Of a DNA stretch of 64,000 nucleotides, positions 19,108 to 27,939 are shown one piece after another. The stretch lies in assembly GCA_963710375.1 (NCBI GenBank), contig CAVPZX010000002.1:224001-288000 (forward strand), written 5' to 3'. Under the pieces are notes generated by a model that saw only the letters and a list, made by a program, of their open reading frames with translations, searched no databases and was not told where the DNA came from. Made by a program: the position numbers and the translations under genes. Each line of letters starts with the position of its first letter. Within the stretch, counting starts at the first letter, position 1. Origin of the DNA: Nitrospirota bacterium. Its GTDB lineage: Bacteria > Nitrospirota > Thermodesulfovibrionia > Thermodesulfovibrionales > Dissulfurispiraceae.

Positions 19108-20103
19108 CTATTTGAAGCCCAGGACAGGATGCGGACTGTAGGGCTCCTCGAGAGAAGCAATCTCTTCCGGCGTAAGATGTAGGGATAGAGAGGCAGCGGC
19201 GTCCGATAGATGCTGGGGCTTCGTAGCGCCGACGATTGGTGACGTAACCGCCGGTCTGCTGAGCAGCCATGCAAGCGCTACCTGAGCGTGGGGCACTCCA
19301 CGCTGTTCTGCGATGCGTCCCAAACTGTTGACTACTTTGCGATCAATTTCCTCGGTATGGGAGTATAGCTCTTTCCCAAACTGGTCAGTTTCATAGCGCC
19401 TGGTACTTACTTGCCAAGGGCGGCTCAGACGGCCGCGTGCGAGAGGACTCCATGGAATGACGCCTATGCCCTCGGATTGGCAAAGGGGAATCATCTCGCG
19501 TTCTTCTTCGCGATAAAGCAGGTTGTAGTGATTCTGCATGGAAACAAAACGGGTCCAGCCGTGCAACTGAGATAAATAGAGCGCCTTGGTGAATTGCCAG
19601 GCATACATGGAAGAGGCTCCTATATAGCGGACCTTGCCGGATTTTATCACGTCGTTCAACGCATCGAGAGTTTCCTCGATCGGTGTTTCGTAATCCCAGC
19701 GATGAATTTGGTAGAGATCCACGTAGTCGGTCTGCAGACGACAGAGACTTTGTTCGAGTTCGAAAAAGATGGCCTTCCGAGAGAGGCCCCGGCCATTTGG
19801 CTCGTCGCGCATTATACCCTGGACCTTCGTGGCTATGACGACGTCTTCGCGTCGGGTGTTTGCTTTCAGGAATCGCCCTAGAACTTTTTCGCTTTCGCCC
19901 CGCGAATAAACATTAGCTGTGTCAAAAAAATTGATCCCGAGGTCGAGGGCTTGCCGCAGAAAAGGCTGACTTTCCTCTTCGTTAAGAGCCCAGGCATGAC
20001 TGCCTGGTGTGAGTTCGCCCGTGGCAGGCGCCCCGTAGGTCATGCAGCCTAAACATATGCGGGAAACTTTAAGGCCGGTGTTACCGAGATTTACGTAGTC
20101 CAT
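19108..20103 (-). CDS. Aldo/keto reductase
   Basis: LGNTGLKVSRICLGCM, GINFFDTANVY, DYVDLYQIHRWD, GKVRYIGAS, PWSPLARG. Confidence 0.93.
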   Translation of the reverse strand: MDYVNLGNTGLKVSRICLGCMTYGAPATGELTPGSHAWALNEEESQPFLRQALDLGINFFDTANVYSRGESEKVLGRFLKANTRREDVVIATKVQGIMRDEPNGRGLSRKAIFFELEQSLCRLQTDYVDLYQIHRWDYETPIEETLDALNDVIKSGKVRYIGASSMYAWQFTKALYLSQLHGWTRFVSMQNHYNLLYREEEREMIPLCQSEGIGVIPWSPLARGRLSRPWQVSTRRYETDQFGKELYSHTEEIDRKVVNSLGRIAEQRGVPHAQVALAWLLSRPAVTSPIVGATKPQHLSDAAASLSLHLTPEEIASLEEPYSPHPVLGFK

Positions 20104-20148
20104 TGTATCTCCTCCTCAGGAATACAGATTCTGCTACTGTCAGGTAAA

Positions 20149-20541
20149 TTAATTTTTTTCCGATTTGTCACGTTCTTTGAAAACTTCTTTCGCTGCAAAC
20201 AGTCCGTTAAGCGCCGCAGGAAAGCCAGCATAAACTGCCATTTGCATAATCACTTCGACAACTTCTTGCCGAGTGCAGCCAACATTTAGTGCTCCATTAA
20301 TGTGAACCTTCAGCTGTGGTACTGCATTACCAAGTGCTGTAAGCGCCGCAACAACGGCAATTTCACGAGACTTGAGATCAAGGGCAGGACGAGAGTAAAT
20401 ATCTCCAAATGGGAACTCAATCAGGTAGCGTGCAAAATCAGGTGCTATATCTTCCAAGCTTCTTATAACGCGCTCACCTGCCTGTCCATCAACCTCTTTA
20501 AGCTTTTCCCAACCACGCTTATAACGATCTTGATTATCCAT
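20149..20541 (-). CDS. Carboxymuconolactone decarboxylase family protein
   Basis: Start MDNQDRY behind [40 protein letters not shown]. Confidence 0.9.
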   Translation of the reverse strand: MDNQDRYKRGWEKLKEVDGQAGERVIRSLEDIAPDFARYLIEFPFGDIYSRPALDLKSREIAVVAALTALGNAVPQLKVHINGALNVGCTRQEVVEVIMQMAVYAGFPAALNGLFAAKEVFKERDKSEKN

Positions 20542-20643
20542 TATTTTCCTCCAAATTACGCCTAATGACCAGTAATCATGGGAATGGAAATGACACCGCT
20601 TCACTCCGGGCGGCACTCCACTCGGCATTCCTATGAAGATCAG

Positions 20644-20964
20644 TCAACCTTTTAAAAGTATATCCTTCACCCGTTCAGCATATATTTTGCTGTTTTTGTC
20701 ATCGGTTAATATTTCTATACCCTCCGGCCGTTTTACTCCGATGCCAAGCTCGACAGCCCGCGCTATCTGCTCCTGTTCAAAAATCTTCTTTCCCATAATT
20801 GACTCATTGCTTCCAAGTTCCTTCAATATTGCAAGACCAACCGCTGTTTGTTTTACGTTCGTGGGCTTTAATTCTCTATCTGAGGCTGATTCCCCGCCCT
20901 TATCTCTTGCCATTGTCAGTATTACACCCCCTGCCATTGCTGCTATAAACTCCCGCCTGTTCAT
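20644..20964 (-). pseudogene. Internally deleted DUF362-type protein (Tat signal fused to C-terminal tail)
   Basis: MNRREF Tat motif followed almost directly by AVGLAILKELG..IFEQEQIARAVELG, recalled as the C-terminus of DUF362 proteins. Confidence 0.55.
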
Positions 20965-21221
20965 GTTTTAACTATATCACTTTATATAAACTGCGTCATC
21001 GGTAAGAGAGGGTAGCGTCTACACATTTCGCAAATGAAGTTTTTCTCTTGTCGCAAAGATTTCCACTTATAACTGCCAGGATGATCAAAACGCTTGGCAC
21101 TGCGGGTTTCTGTGAGAAAAAGCGCTAAACCAATTTTCAATAGCTGTACTCTTTACTAGCGGGTCTGTTAAAATTTTAAACAGCACGTGTGACATTGCCC
21201 TGAGCTGCCGGGAAAACTTCA

Positions 21222-21473
21222 ATGGCTTATGAGAATATCAGAGTTATAGCTTATTCAGGTTATCGTGAAGCTGAAACTCCGCGAGTTTTCTTCATTAATG
21301 AAGAGAAAATCACTGTTGCCGAAATCCTGGATATGTGGATCGAAGAAAGCATGTCTGATAAGACGAGGAAGAGATTTTTTACAGTTAGAGGAGGTAATAA
21401 ACGGACTTATAAGATTTACAATGATGCAAAGACTCTGGAATGGTTCTGTGAACTGGAAAGAGAGTCTGACTAA
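21222..21473 (+). CDS. Small conserved hypothetical protein (DUF6504-like)
   Basis: YSGYREAETPRVF..VAEILDMW..RFFTV..YKIYND..W pattern. Confidence 0.65.
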   Translation: MAYENIRVIAYSGYREAETPRVFFINEEKITVAEILDMWIEESMSDKTRKRFFTVRGGNKRTYKIYNDAKTLEWFCELERESD

Positions 21474-21771
21474 TGCCGATCAACACTCTTGATATTTTAA
21501 TATGCAGTGACCAGTATTTGCATTGCCTGTGTGGAAAATGTATGATTTCAGCATAATATTCTCATGGTAAGGGGAATTACCGTTCGTAACTCGCGGGGCG
21601 ATAATGATCACGGCGAGCGTTTGTTCCTGTGAGAATTTATTTCAACGCATCACGGTCCTGATGCGGTACAAACCAGATGAATGAGTCCGGCAATAATCTA
21701 ACTTTTATTCCAGACGATTCGGGTGAAGGAAAAATGGCGGTATGGCGATCAGCCCCGCGGTGTCTTGTGTC

Positions 21772-23121
21772 TCAAGCACCCAGCTTCTCCTGTATTACCC
21801 CTGCCACCTGCTCAGCCACGCTTCTTGCCAGGTCCGGGTCCTCTGCCTCTGCCATGACTCGTATTTTGAGCTCGGTGCCGGACGGTCTGACAAGCATTCT
21901 GCCTTTTCTGCCGAGTTTTACCGTTGCATCCTCGATGGCCCTCGTTATCTCCGGGACTTTTCTAATATCCTTCCTCTCAGCAACCAGAATGTTCAGAAGC
22001 ACCTGCGGATACAGTTCAATCCCGGCAGCAAGCTCCGAAAGGAGCTTCTTCTTTTTCCTCATCAAATACAGTACCTGCAGAGCGGTTATGGGCCCATCCC
22101 CAGTAGTGTTGTAATCAAAAGAAACGATATGCCCGGATTGCTCGCCGCCCAAATTGTAGCCGCCTTTGATCATTTCATCAACTACATAGCGGTCACCTAC
22201 CTTTGTCCTCAGAAACCCTATGTCCTGTCCAGCCAAAAACTGTTCGAGACCTAGATTACTCATGACCGTCGCAACAACGCCGTTCCCCTGAAGTCTTCCC
22301 TCTTTTTTAAGCTCGCATGCCCATATCCCCAATATCATGTCGCCATCGACCACACAACCGCGCTCATCGACAAGGAGTGTCCTGTCCGCATCGCCATCAT
22401 GGGCAATTCCGGCATGGGCGCCGGCCTCCTTTACTGCAGCGGCAACGCTCTCCAGGTGCAGCGATCCGCAGTTATCATTGATATTTGTTCCGTTCGGCTT
22501 ATCGTTTATTGCGATAACCTGGGCGCCGAGTTCGGCCAGCAGCAACGGCGTGATCTTATATGCAGCACCGTTGGCCGCATCGACCACCACTTTAAGGCCC
22601 TCCAGGTCAGCCCCCCTCGGAATGGTTGACTTTATATACTCTATGTAACGCCCGGTGGCGTCATCCAGACGGTATGCCTTACCTATCTTTTCTCCTGATG
22701 CACGCCGCGCAGGAAAATGGTCATCGTCGATCAACGACTCCATTCTCTGTTCGAGTTCATCGGAAAGCTTAAAGCCCTCGGAAGAAAAAATCTTTATACC
22801 GTTATCCTCAAACGGATTATGTGAGGCCGAAATTACAATGCCGGCATCAAGCCGCAGCGCTCGCGTAAGATATGCCACTCCGGGGGTAGGGATCGGTCCC
22901 ACAAGAGTAACATCCATCCCTTTAGAGCAGAGGCCTGAGGTAAGCGCGCTTTCGATCATATAGCCGGAAAGCCGGGTATCCTTGCCTATCAATACCATAC
23001 GCCGCCCGTGATCGGTCTTCAAAACCGAAGCGATGGCCATACCGACACGCAAAACATTTTCAGGGGTCATGGGATATTTGTTCACCCTTCCCCTGATCCC
23101 GTCCGTACCGAACAATTTCAT
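21772..23121 (-). CDS. glmM: Phosphoglucosamine mutase
   Basis: LFGTDGIRG, ISASHNP, DGDADR, VGDRYV, GGEQSGH, RPSGTE. Confidence 0.96.
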   Translation of the reverse strand: MKLFGTDGIRGRVNKYPMTPENVLRVGMAIASVLKTDHGRRMVLIGKDTRLSGYMIESALTSGLCSKGMDVTLVGPIPTPGVAYLTRALRLDAGIVISASHNPFEDNGIKIFSSEGFKLSDELEQRMESLIDDDHFPARRASGEKIGKAYRLDDATGRYIEYIKSTIPRGADLEGLKVVVDAANGAAYKITPLLLAELGAQVIAINDKPNGTNINDNCGSLHLESVAAAVKEAGAHAGIAHDGDADRTLLVDERGCVVDGDMILGIWACELKKEGRLQGNGVVATVMSNLGLEQFLAGQDIGFLRTKVGDRYVVDEMIKGGYNLGGEQSGHIVSFDYNTTGDGPITALQVLYLMRKKKKLLSELAAGIELYPQVLLNILVAERKDIRKVPEITRAIEDATVKLGRKGRMLVRPSGTELKIRVMAEAEDPDLARSVAEQVAGVIQEKLGA

Positions 23122-23125
23122 TGCA

Positions 23126-23764
23126 TTACCTCTTTATAGCGATGCTCACGGTCACTTCAGGTGTTCGTGTCCTTATGTTCCTGCCGTTTATATTAAGCCG
23201 GACAGTCTCTCTGATATCAGAATCAAACCCCGTAACATCGACCGCCTCCGTCCTTAGCACAGCTATTTTATCAACCTCTGTCCTGGCGCCCTCAACCGTC
23301 ACTGCAGAAGGCTTTACATCAACAGAAGCGATCCTGAATCCCTTTTCCGGGGCGCCTATAATAGATGCTTTCACCGGAAGCGTTTTTACCATCGATTCAT
23401 CGAGCATTACTCTTACATATGTCGGCTCTACTCTCAGGATATCCACTGTCCCCGGCACTATGACAGCGTTCTTGTCCAGATAATATGTTGACTCTCCCCT
23501 CTTTGCATTGGAGAGGTCGATAACAACATTGATATCCATAGGCTTCAGGCTCTTCAGCAGCCTCTCCTGGCCGCGCAAATTCAAAGCCACCACCTTTGCG
23601 CTTTCGCGCAAAAGTTCCAGTCCTTTAGGCATATTCTTGAACCCGATGGGCACATCAATAGCAATTTCGGACTGACCCCTGTAGGTGACAAATATCCACA
23701 TTGATATCGCCAGTACTACAGAAAGAATCTTGAGACCGGGATTACTTAAAAGTATCTTCTTCAT
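23126..23764 (-). CDS. cdaR: CdaR/YbbR-domain regulator of diadenylate cyclase
   Basis: N-terminal TM (LKILSVVLAISMWIFV), YbbR-like repeats, position between cdaA and glmM. Confidence 0.85.
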   Translation of the reverse strand: MKKILLSNPGLKILSVVLAISMWIFVTYRGQSEIAIDVPIGFKNMPKGLELLRESAKVVALNLRGQERLLKSLKPMDINVVIDLSNAKRGESTYYLDKNAVIVPGTVDILRVEPTYVRVMLDESMVKTLPVKASIIGAPEKGFRIASVDVKPSAVTVEGARTEVDKIAVLRTEAVDVTGFDSDIRETVRLNINGRNIRTRTPEVTVSIAIKR

Positions 23765-23782
23765 TTGTGTCCCGCGGTAGTT

Positions 23783-24634
23783 TCATGTTTTTCCTGTATC
23801 AGTCGTTTGAAAAGTTTTTGCAGCCGCGACTTTTCCCTTTTTAGATTCGGCAAACAGATCGGTAAGTATATCACGCAGTGATCCCATGTTGACATGAGTT
23901 TCAAAGCTCCCGTGCATTGCCACTGAAATCGTTCCTGTCTCCTCAGAAACAATAATGGCCACTGCATCCGTATCTTCGGTAATACCGATAGCGGCGCGGT
24001 GACGGGTGCCAAGCGATTTGCTTATATCGGAGCCGAGCGTTATCGGCAGGAAACATCCCGCGGCAACAACCCTGTTACCCCTTATAACGATCGCGCCATC
24101 GTGAATCGGCGAGGTAGGATGGAATATGCTCAGCAGCAGTTCCTTGGAAACCTTGGCATCAAGGGGCGTGGCAATTTCAACATAGTCCTTGAGACTAACC
24201 TCTCTTTCAATGACAATCAAAGCCCCAATGTTCCTGTGCGAGAGGGCTATGGAAGCCCTGACTATCTCTTCAAGCGATTTCAACTCCTCGGCAACAGTCA
24301 AATTCTGGAAAAATGATGACTGCCCCATCTGGGCCAGTGTCCTTCTGATTTCAGGCTGGAAAAGCACTATCAACACGATAACCACCTGAGACCAGAAACT
24401 CTGGATGATCCAGTCCATCGTATATAATTGAAAATACTTAGCGAAAAAAGATGCGACAACCAGCACACCAAGACCGATCATCATCTGCGCCGCCTTGGTG
24501 CCCCTGACAATGAGAAGAACCCTGTACAGGACTACCGCAACAACAACAATATCAACAACATCCTGCCACCTGATCTGCTTAAATAACTCTAACAATGGTT
24601 CTCCCCAATGCATTAGACTGTAGGATGGGCGCAA
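23783..24634 (-). CDS. cdaA: Diadenylate cyclase CdaA (true start probably slightly downstream)
   Basis: Three TMs, FQPEIRR, GALIV, HDGA, GTRHRAA, VSEETG. Confidence 0.95.
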   Translation of the reverse strand: MRPSYSLMHWGEPLLELFKQIRWQDVVDIVVVAVVLYRVLLIVRGTKAAQMMIGLGVLVVASFFAKYFQLYTMDWIIQSFWSQVVIVLIVLFQPEIRRTLAQMGQSSFFQNLTVAEELKSLEEIVRASIALSHRNIGALIVIEREVSLKDYVEIATPLDAKVSKELLLSIFHPTSPIHDGAIVIRGNRVVAAGCFLPITLGSDISKSLGTRHRAAIGITEDTDAVAIIVSEETGTISVAMHGSFETHVNMGSLRDILTDLFAESKKGKVAAAKTFQTTDTGKT

Positions 24635-24747
24635 TTAGCTGCCAAACACGACCCTTAATTATAGCATATCGCACCGGCTTTAAACCCCTGAGGAATCAAT
24701 GTGCTGCAAGCCAAGGCATGTACAATTCCGGCTTATTTTGATGTACA

Positions 24748-26052
24748 ATGTCATTAGATAATACCGGAGGTGAAGCAGTGACGCTGAATTTTTACGAAAG
24801 AATACATGTCGATGACCGGAATGTCTGCAAATTATTCCTGAAGGAGATCAGTGAAATTTATACTGACATGGAACTGGCGCCGGAAGAGTTGGAATTACTG
24901 GCAATGCCCCGGCGCTCATTTACAGTGCATTTCCCGGTAAGAATGGACTCCGGAAAAACCAGGATGTTTATTGGGCACCGTGTGCAGTATAACGACGCAA
25001 GAGGGCCGGCTAAGGGAGGTCTCAGGTTTCATCCCGACCTGACTATCGATCATGTAAAGGACCTGGCTTTTCTGATGGTGCTCAAATGCGCGGTGGTAAA
25101 TATTCCTTTCGGCGGGTCAAAGGGCGGTGTTGTTGTCAATCCAAGAGATCTGAGCAGAAATGAATTGGAGCTGTTGACAAGAGGATACGTTCGCGCAATA
25201 GAGAACTTTATCGGCCCTTTCAAAGATATCCCGGCTCCTGACGTCTTTACTGATGAAAAAATAATGGTCTGGATCCTGGATGAGTTCGAAAGAATACACG
25301 GAGCTCACGTGCCGGCTGTAGTCACGGGCAAACCGGTTGAACTGGCAGGCACGAAGGCCAGGCATTACTCCACGGCCCTGGGCGGAATATATGTTCTTGA
25401 AGAGGCGATGAGAAGAGCCGGCATGGATAAAAACAGGGCAAAAGTCGCGATTCAGGGTTTTGGCAACGTTGGGGGAAATGCCGCCCGCCTTTTTTTTGAA
25501 GGGGGCTATAAAGTAGTGGCGGTTAGTGCGCTCGAAGGGGGCATCATGAACCCGGACGGTCTGGATATTCACGAGGTAATACGCCATCATAGGGCAAATG
25601 GAACTCTGCTCGATTATAAAGGCGCTAAAAACTTCACCAACGAGGAATTACTGACTTGCGATTGCGATATCCTTGTACCCGCAGCCCTCTCCGATCAGCT
25701 TCACAAAGGCAACGCAAATGAGGTCAAGGCCAGGATCGTCCTGGAACTTGCCAACGCGCCTACGACCACAGAAGCCGACGAGATATTCTTTGACAAAAAA
25801 ATCACGGTCCTGCCTGATGTGCTCGCAAATGCCGGCGGCGTGGTAGTCAGCTATTTTGAATGGAGCCAGAACCTCAACGGCAGTTATTGGACAGAAGAGA
25901 AAGTCGTACAGAAGCTGAAAAATATCATGGTAAGCTCTTTTAATGATGTATCTTCCGCTTGCAGCGAGGCTCGCTGCAGGATGAGAAAAGCCGCATATCA
26001 TCTGGCTATAAAGCGTGTGCTCGATGCGGAGAGGATGCGGGGGAATCTGTAG
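24748..26052 (+). CDS. gdhA: Glu/Leu/Phe/Val dehydrogenase (glutamate dehydrogenase-like)
   Basis: GPAKGGLRFHP, PFGGSKGG, DIPAPD, VTGKP, QGFGNVG, ANAGGVVVSYFEW. Confidence 0.9.
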   Translation: MSLDNTGGEAVTLNFYERIHVDDRNVCKLFLKEISEIYTDMELAPEELELLAMPRRSFTVHFPVRMDSGKTRMFIGHRVQYNDARGPAKGGLRFHPDLTIDHVKDLAFLMVLKCAVVNIPFGGSKGGVVVNPRDLSRNELELLTRGYVRAIENFIGPFKDIPAPDVFTDEKIMVWILDEFERIHGAHVPAVVTGKPVELAGTKARHYSTALGGIYVLEEAMRRAGMDKNRAKVAIQGFGNVGGNAARLFFEGGYKVVAVSALEGGIMNPDGLDIHEVIRHHRANGTLLDYKGAKNFTNEELLTCDCDILVPAALSDQLHKGNANEVKARIVLELANAPTTTEADEIFFDKKITVLPDVLANAGGVVVSYFEWSQNLNGSYWTEEKVVQKLKNIMVSSFNDVSSACSEARCRMRKAAYHLAIKRVLDAERMRGNL

Positions 26053-26056
26053 TTTG

Positions 26057-26235
26057 AAATTCAGACAGTACAGGGTAATTTTTCTTTGCGAGCGATTAGC
26101 CCTATGTGCCAGTCCTGCTGTCTGTACGGAAAATCATCCATGTTCCAGTTGAATATGTGGGCTCGGCGTTACTCGCCCACTGCAGATAACCCAGGCGCTC
26201 GACTGCAGAAAAACAACCCTGTACTGTCTGAATTT
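26057..26235. repeat. Palindromic element copy 2: 20-bp perfect (about 38-bp imperfect) inverted arms around the same core hairpin
   Basis: AAATTCAGACAGTACAGGGT 26057-26076 / ACCCTGTACTGTCTGAATTT 26216-26235; core at 26157-26180. Confidence 0.85.
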
Positions 26236-26378
26236 ACGTTGACCCGATATAGTTGTAATATTAAGCGGCTGTTTAGTATAGGTATTTCTCTATTTTGTAA
26301 CCTTCTGATCTTTTTTATCGACTAATTATATAAAGATCAAACTGTCGGTTGACAGTATATAGATTAAGGAGGATAGGT

Positions 26379-26981
26379 ATGAGAAAAGCGATTCTGGTTA
26401 TATTCACGCTTCTTTTTGTAATGGGGCTTGCAATTAGTTCTGGTGCAGCAGAGAAAGAAAAGAGCGGCGCTCCTCATGATGGCATGTACAAACATGAAGG
26501 CGGTTGCGGCTGCGGCGGCGAACATCCATTTATCGGAATGTTCAAGAAACTCGGACTTGATAAAAAACAGATGGAAGCTGTTCGGGAGATTCATTTAGCG
26601 ACAATGAAGGAAGTTATCAAAAAGAAGGCCGATATCAAGATAGCAAAGATCGAACTGATGGAAATTCTCTCCAAGGACCCTGTCGACATGACAGCGGCTG
26701 AGTCAGCAGTAAAAAAGATAGAGGGCTTAAAGACAGAAATGAAAATGACGCTTATCAAGTCGATGGTGGAGATAAAGTCCAACCTGAATGCGGAACAGAA
26801 AGAGAAATTCAGTTCGATGATGAGACATATGATGATGAAACGTGAAATGATGAGACACGGCATGAGTGGCGGCGAATGCGGGTGCCATAAGCATGGGATG
26901 GGCCATATGCATGAGAAGGGACAGATGAAAGGACAGATGAAAGGAGAAATGAAAGGAGAAATGAAACAGCAGCAGCACTAA
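26379..26981 (+). CDS. Periplasmic Spy/CpxP/heavy-metal-sensor-like protein with His/Met/Cys-rich termini
   Basis: GGAGG RBS, signal peptide, LGLDKKQ and LNAEQKEK LTxxQ-like motifs, KG(Q/E)M x4 tail. Confidence 0.78.
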   Translation: MRKAILVIFTLLFVMGLAISSGAAEKEKSGAPHDGMYKHEGGCGCGGEHPFIGMFKKLGLDKKQMEAVREIHLATMKEVIKKKADIKIAKIELMEILSKDPVDMTAAESAVKKIEGLKTEMKMTLIKSMVEIKSNLNAEQKEKFSSMMRHMMMKREMMRHGMSGGECGCHKHGMGHMHEKGQMKGQMKGEMKGEMKQQQH

Positions 26982-27007
26982 TCCTGCGCATTCTTCGGGA
27001 CATAGAC

Positions 27008-27040
27008 CGGGCAGGGAAAGGCAATACCTTTCCCTGCCCG
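27008..27040. terminator. Hairpin between convergent genes
   Basis: CGGGCAGGGAAAGG-caata-CCTTTCCCTGCCCG, 14-bp perfect stem. Confidence 0.75.
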
Positions 27041-27043
27041 AAA

Positions 27044-27235
27044 CTACTCTGATTTCTCTGAACTTGGTTCAGTAAGGGAATGCATCAGAAACTCAGCGTC
27101 TTTTGGAGGCAAATCAAACTTCAAACAGGCGTCTTGAATCAACTTGAACAGGCCGGCTTCAGGATGATCGCGACGCTCATCAGATATCCACTTAACAGCC
27201 TTTCTCAGTTGCTCACCCTCTGGCAGAATACTCAT
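27044..27235 (-). CDS. Small conserved hypothetical protein
   Basis: MSILPEGEQLRKAVKWIS..ACLKFDLPPKDAEFL with GGAG RBS. Confidence 0.75.
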   Translation of the reverse strand: MSILPEGEQLRKAVKWISDERRDHPEAGLFKLIQDACLKFDLPPKDAEFLMHSLTEPSSEKSE

Positions 27236-27300
27236 TCTATTTTCCTCCAAAGCTTAGATTGATTATCGCTAATGCTCCATATAAGTATATCACGTAAGAG

Positions 27301-27930
27301 CTACAGCAAAAACTCCTCTGCAAACATGTTCTCCTTTTTCTCACGGCCAATAGTTGTGGCTGGTCCGTGTCCAGGCAAAACATTTGTGTCTTCCGGCAGC
27401 GCCATCAGCCTCTGGAACGATTGCTTCAGCTTCTTTATATCGCCGCCGAAAAAGTCAGTCCTTCCCACAGACCCCATAAAAAGCGTGTCACCGGTAATGA
27501 CCGTATTGTCTGCATAAAGGCAAATCCCACCGGGACTGTGTCCGGGGGTATGGAGTACTGAAAAGTTCAAGTCTCCTATTTTAAGCGTATCGCCTTCAGA
27601 CAATAGAATATCCGGGGCAGGAGGGACATCCATTGAATGGCCCCAGAATGCAGCCATGTCCTTTGCGCCATTATACAATGCAAGCTCGTCGCGGTGTATG
27701 GCCACCCGCGCCCCTGTCTGGTTTTTAATATCGCCTACTACAGCAATATGATCAAAATGGCCGTGCGTGCAGACAATAACTTCAACGGTGAGTCCCATTT
27801 CGTTGACAATCCCGACTATTCTGTCAGGCTCGTCTCCGGGGTCGACGACAATGGCCTTTTTGGACGCATCGTCTGCAACAATAATACAATTGGCCTGAAG
27901 CGGCCCTACAGCAATACTCTTAATAATCAT
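27301..27930 (-). CDS. MBL-fold metallo-hydrolase (glyoxalase II-like)
   Basis: THGHFDH, HTPGHSPG, GDTLF, PGHG. Confidence 0.93.
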   Translation of the reverse strand: MIIKSIAVGPLQANCIIVADDASKKAIVVDPGDEPDRIVGIVNEMGLTVEVIVCTHGHFDHIAVVGDIKNQTGARVAIHRDELALYNGAKDMAAFWGHSMDVPPAPDILLSEGDTLKIGDLNFSVLHTPGHSPGGICLYADNTVITGDTLFMGSVGRTDFFGGDIKKLKQSFQRLMALPEDTNVLPGHGPATTIGREKKENMFAEEFLL

Positions 27931-27939
27931 AATCTATCC

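Noticed and set aside
21480..21770. Possible ncRNA or small ORF between the DUF6504-like gene and glmM
   Set aside because: Only short weak hairpins and no recognisable family or convincing RBS.
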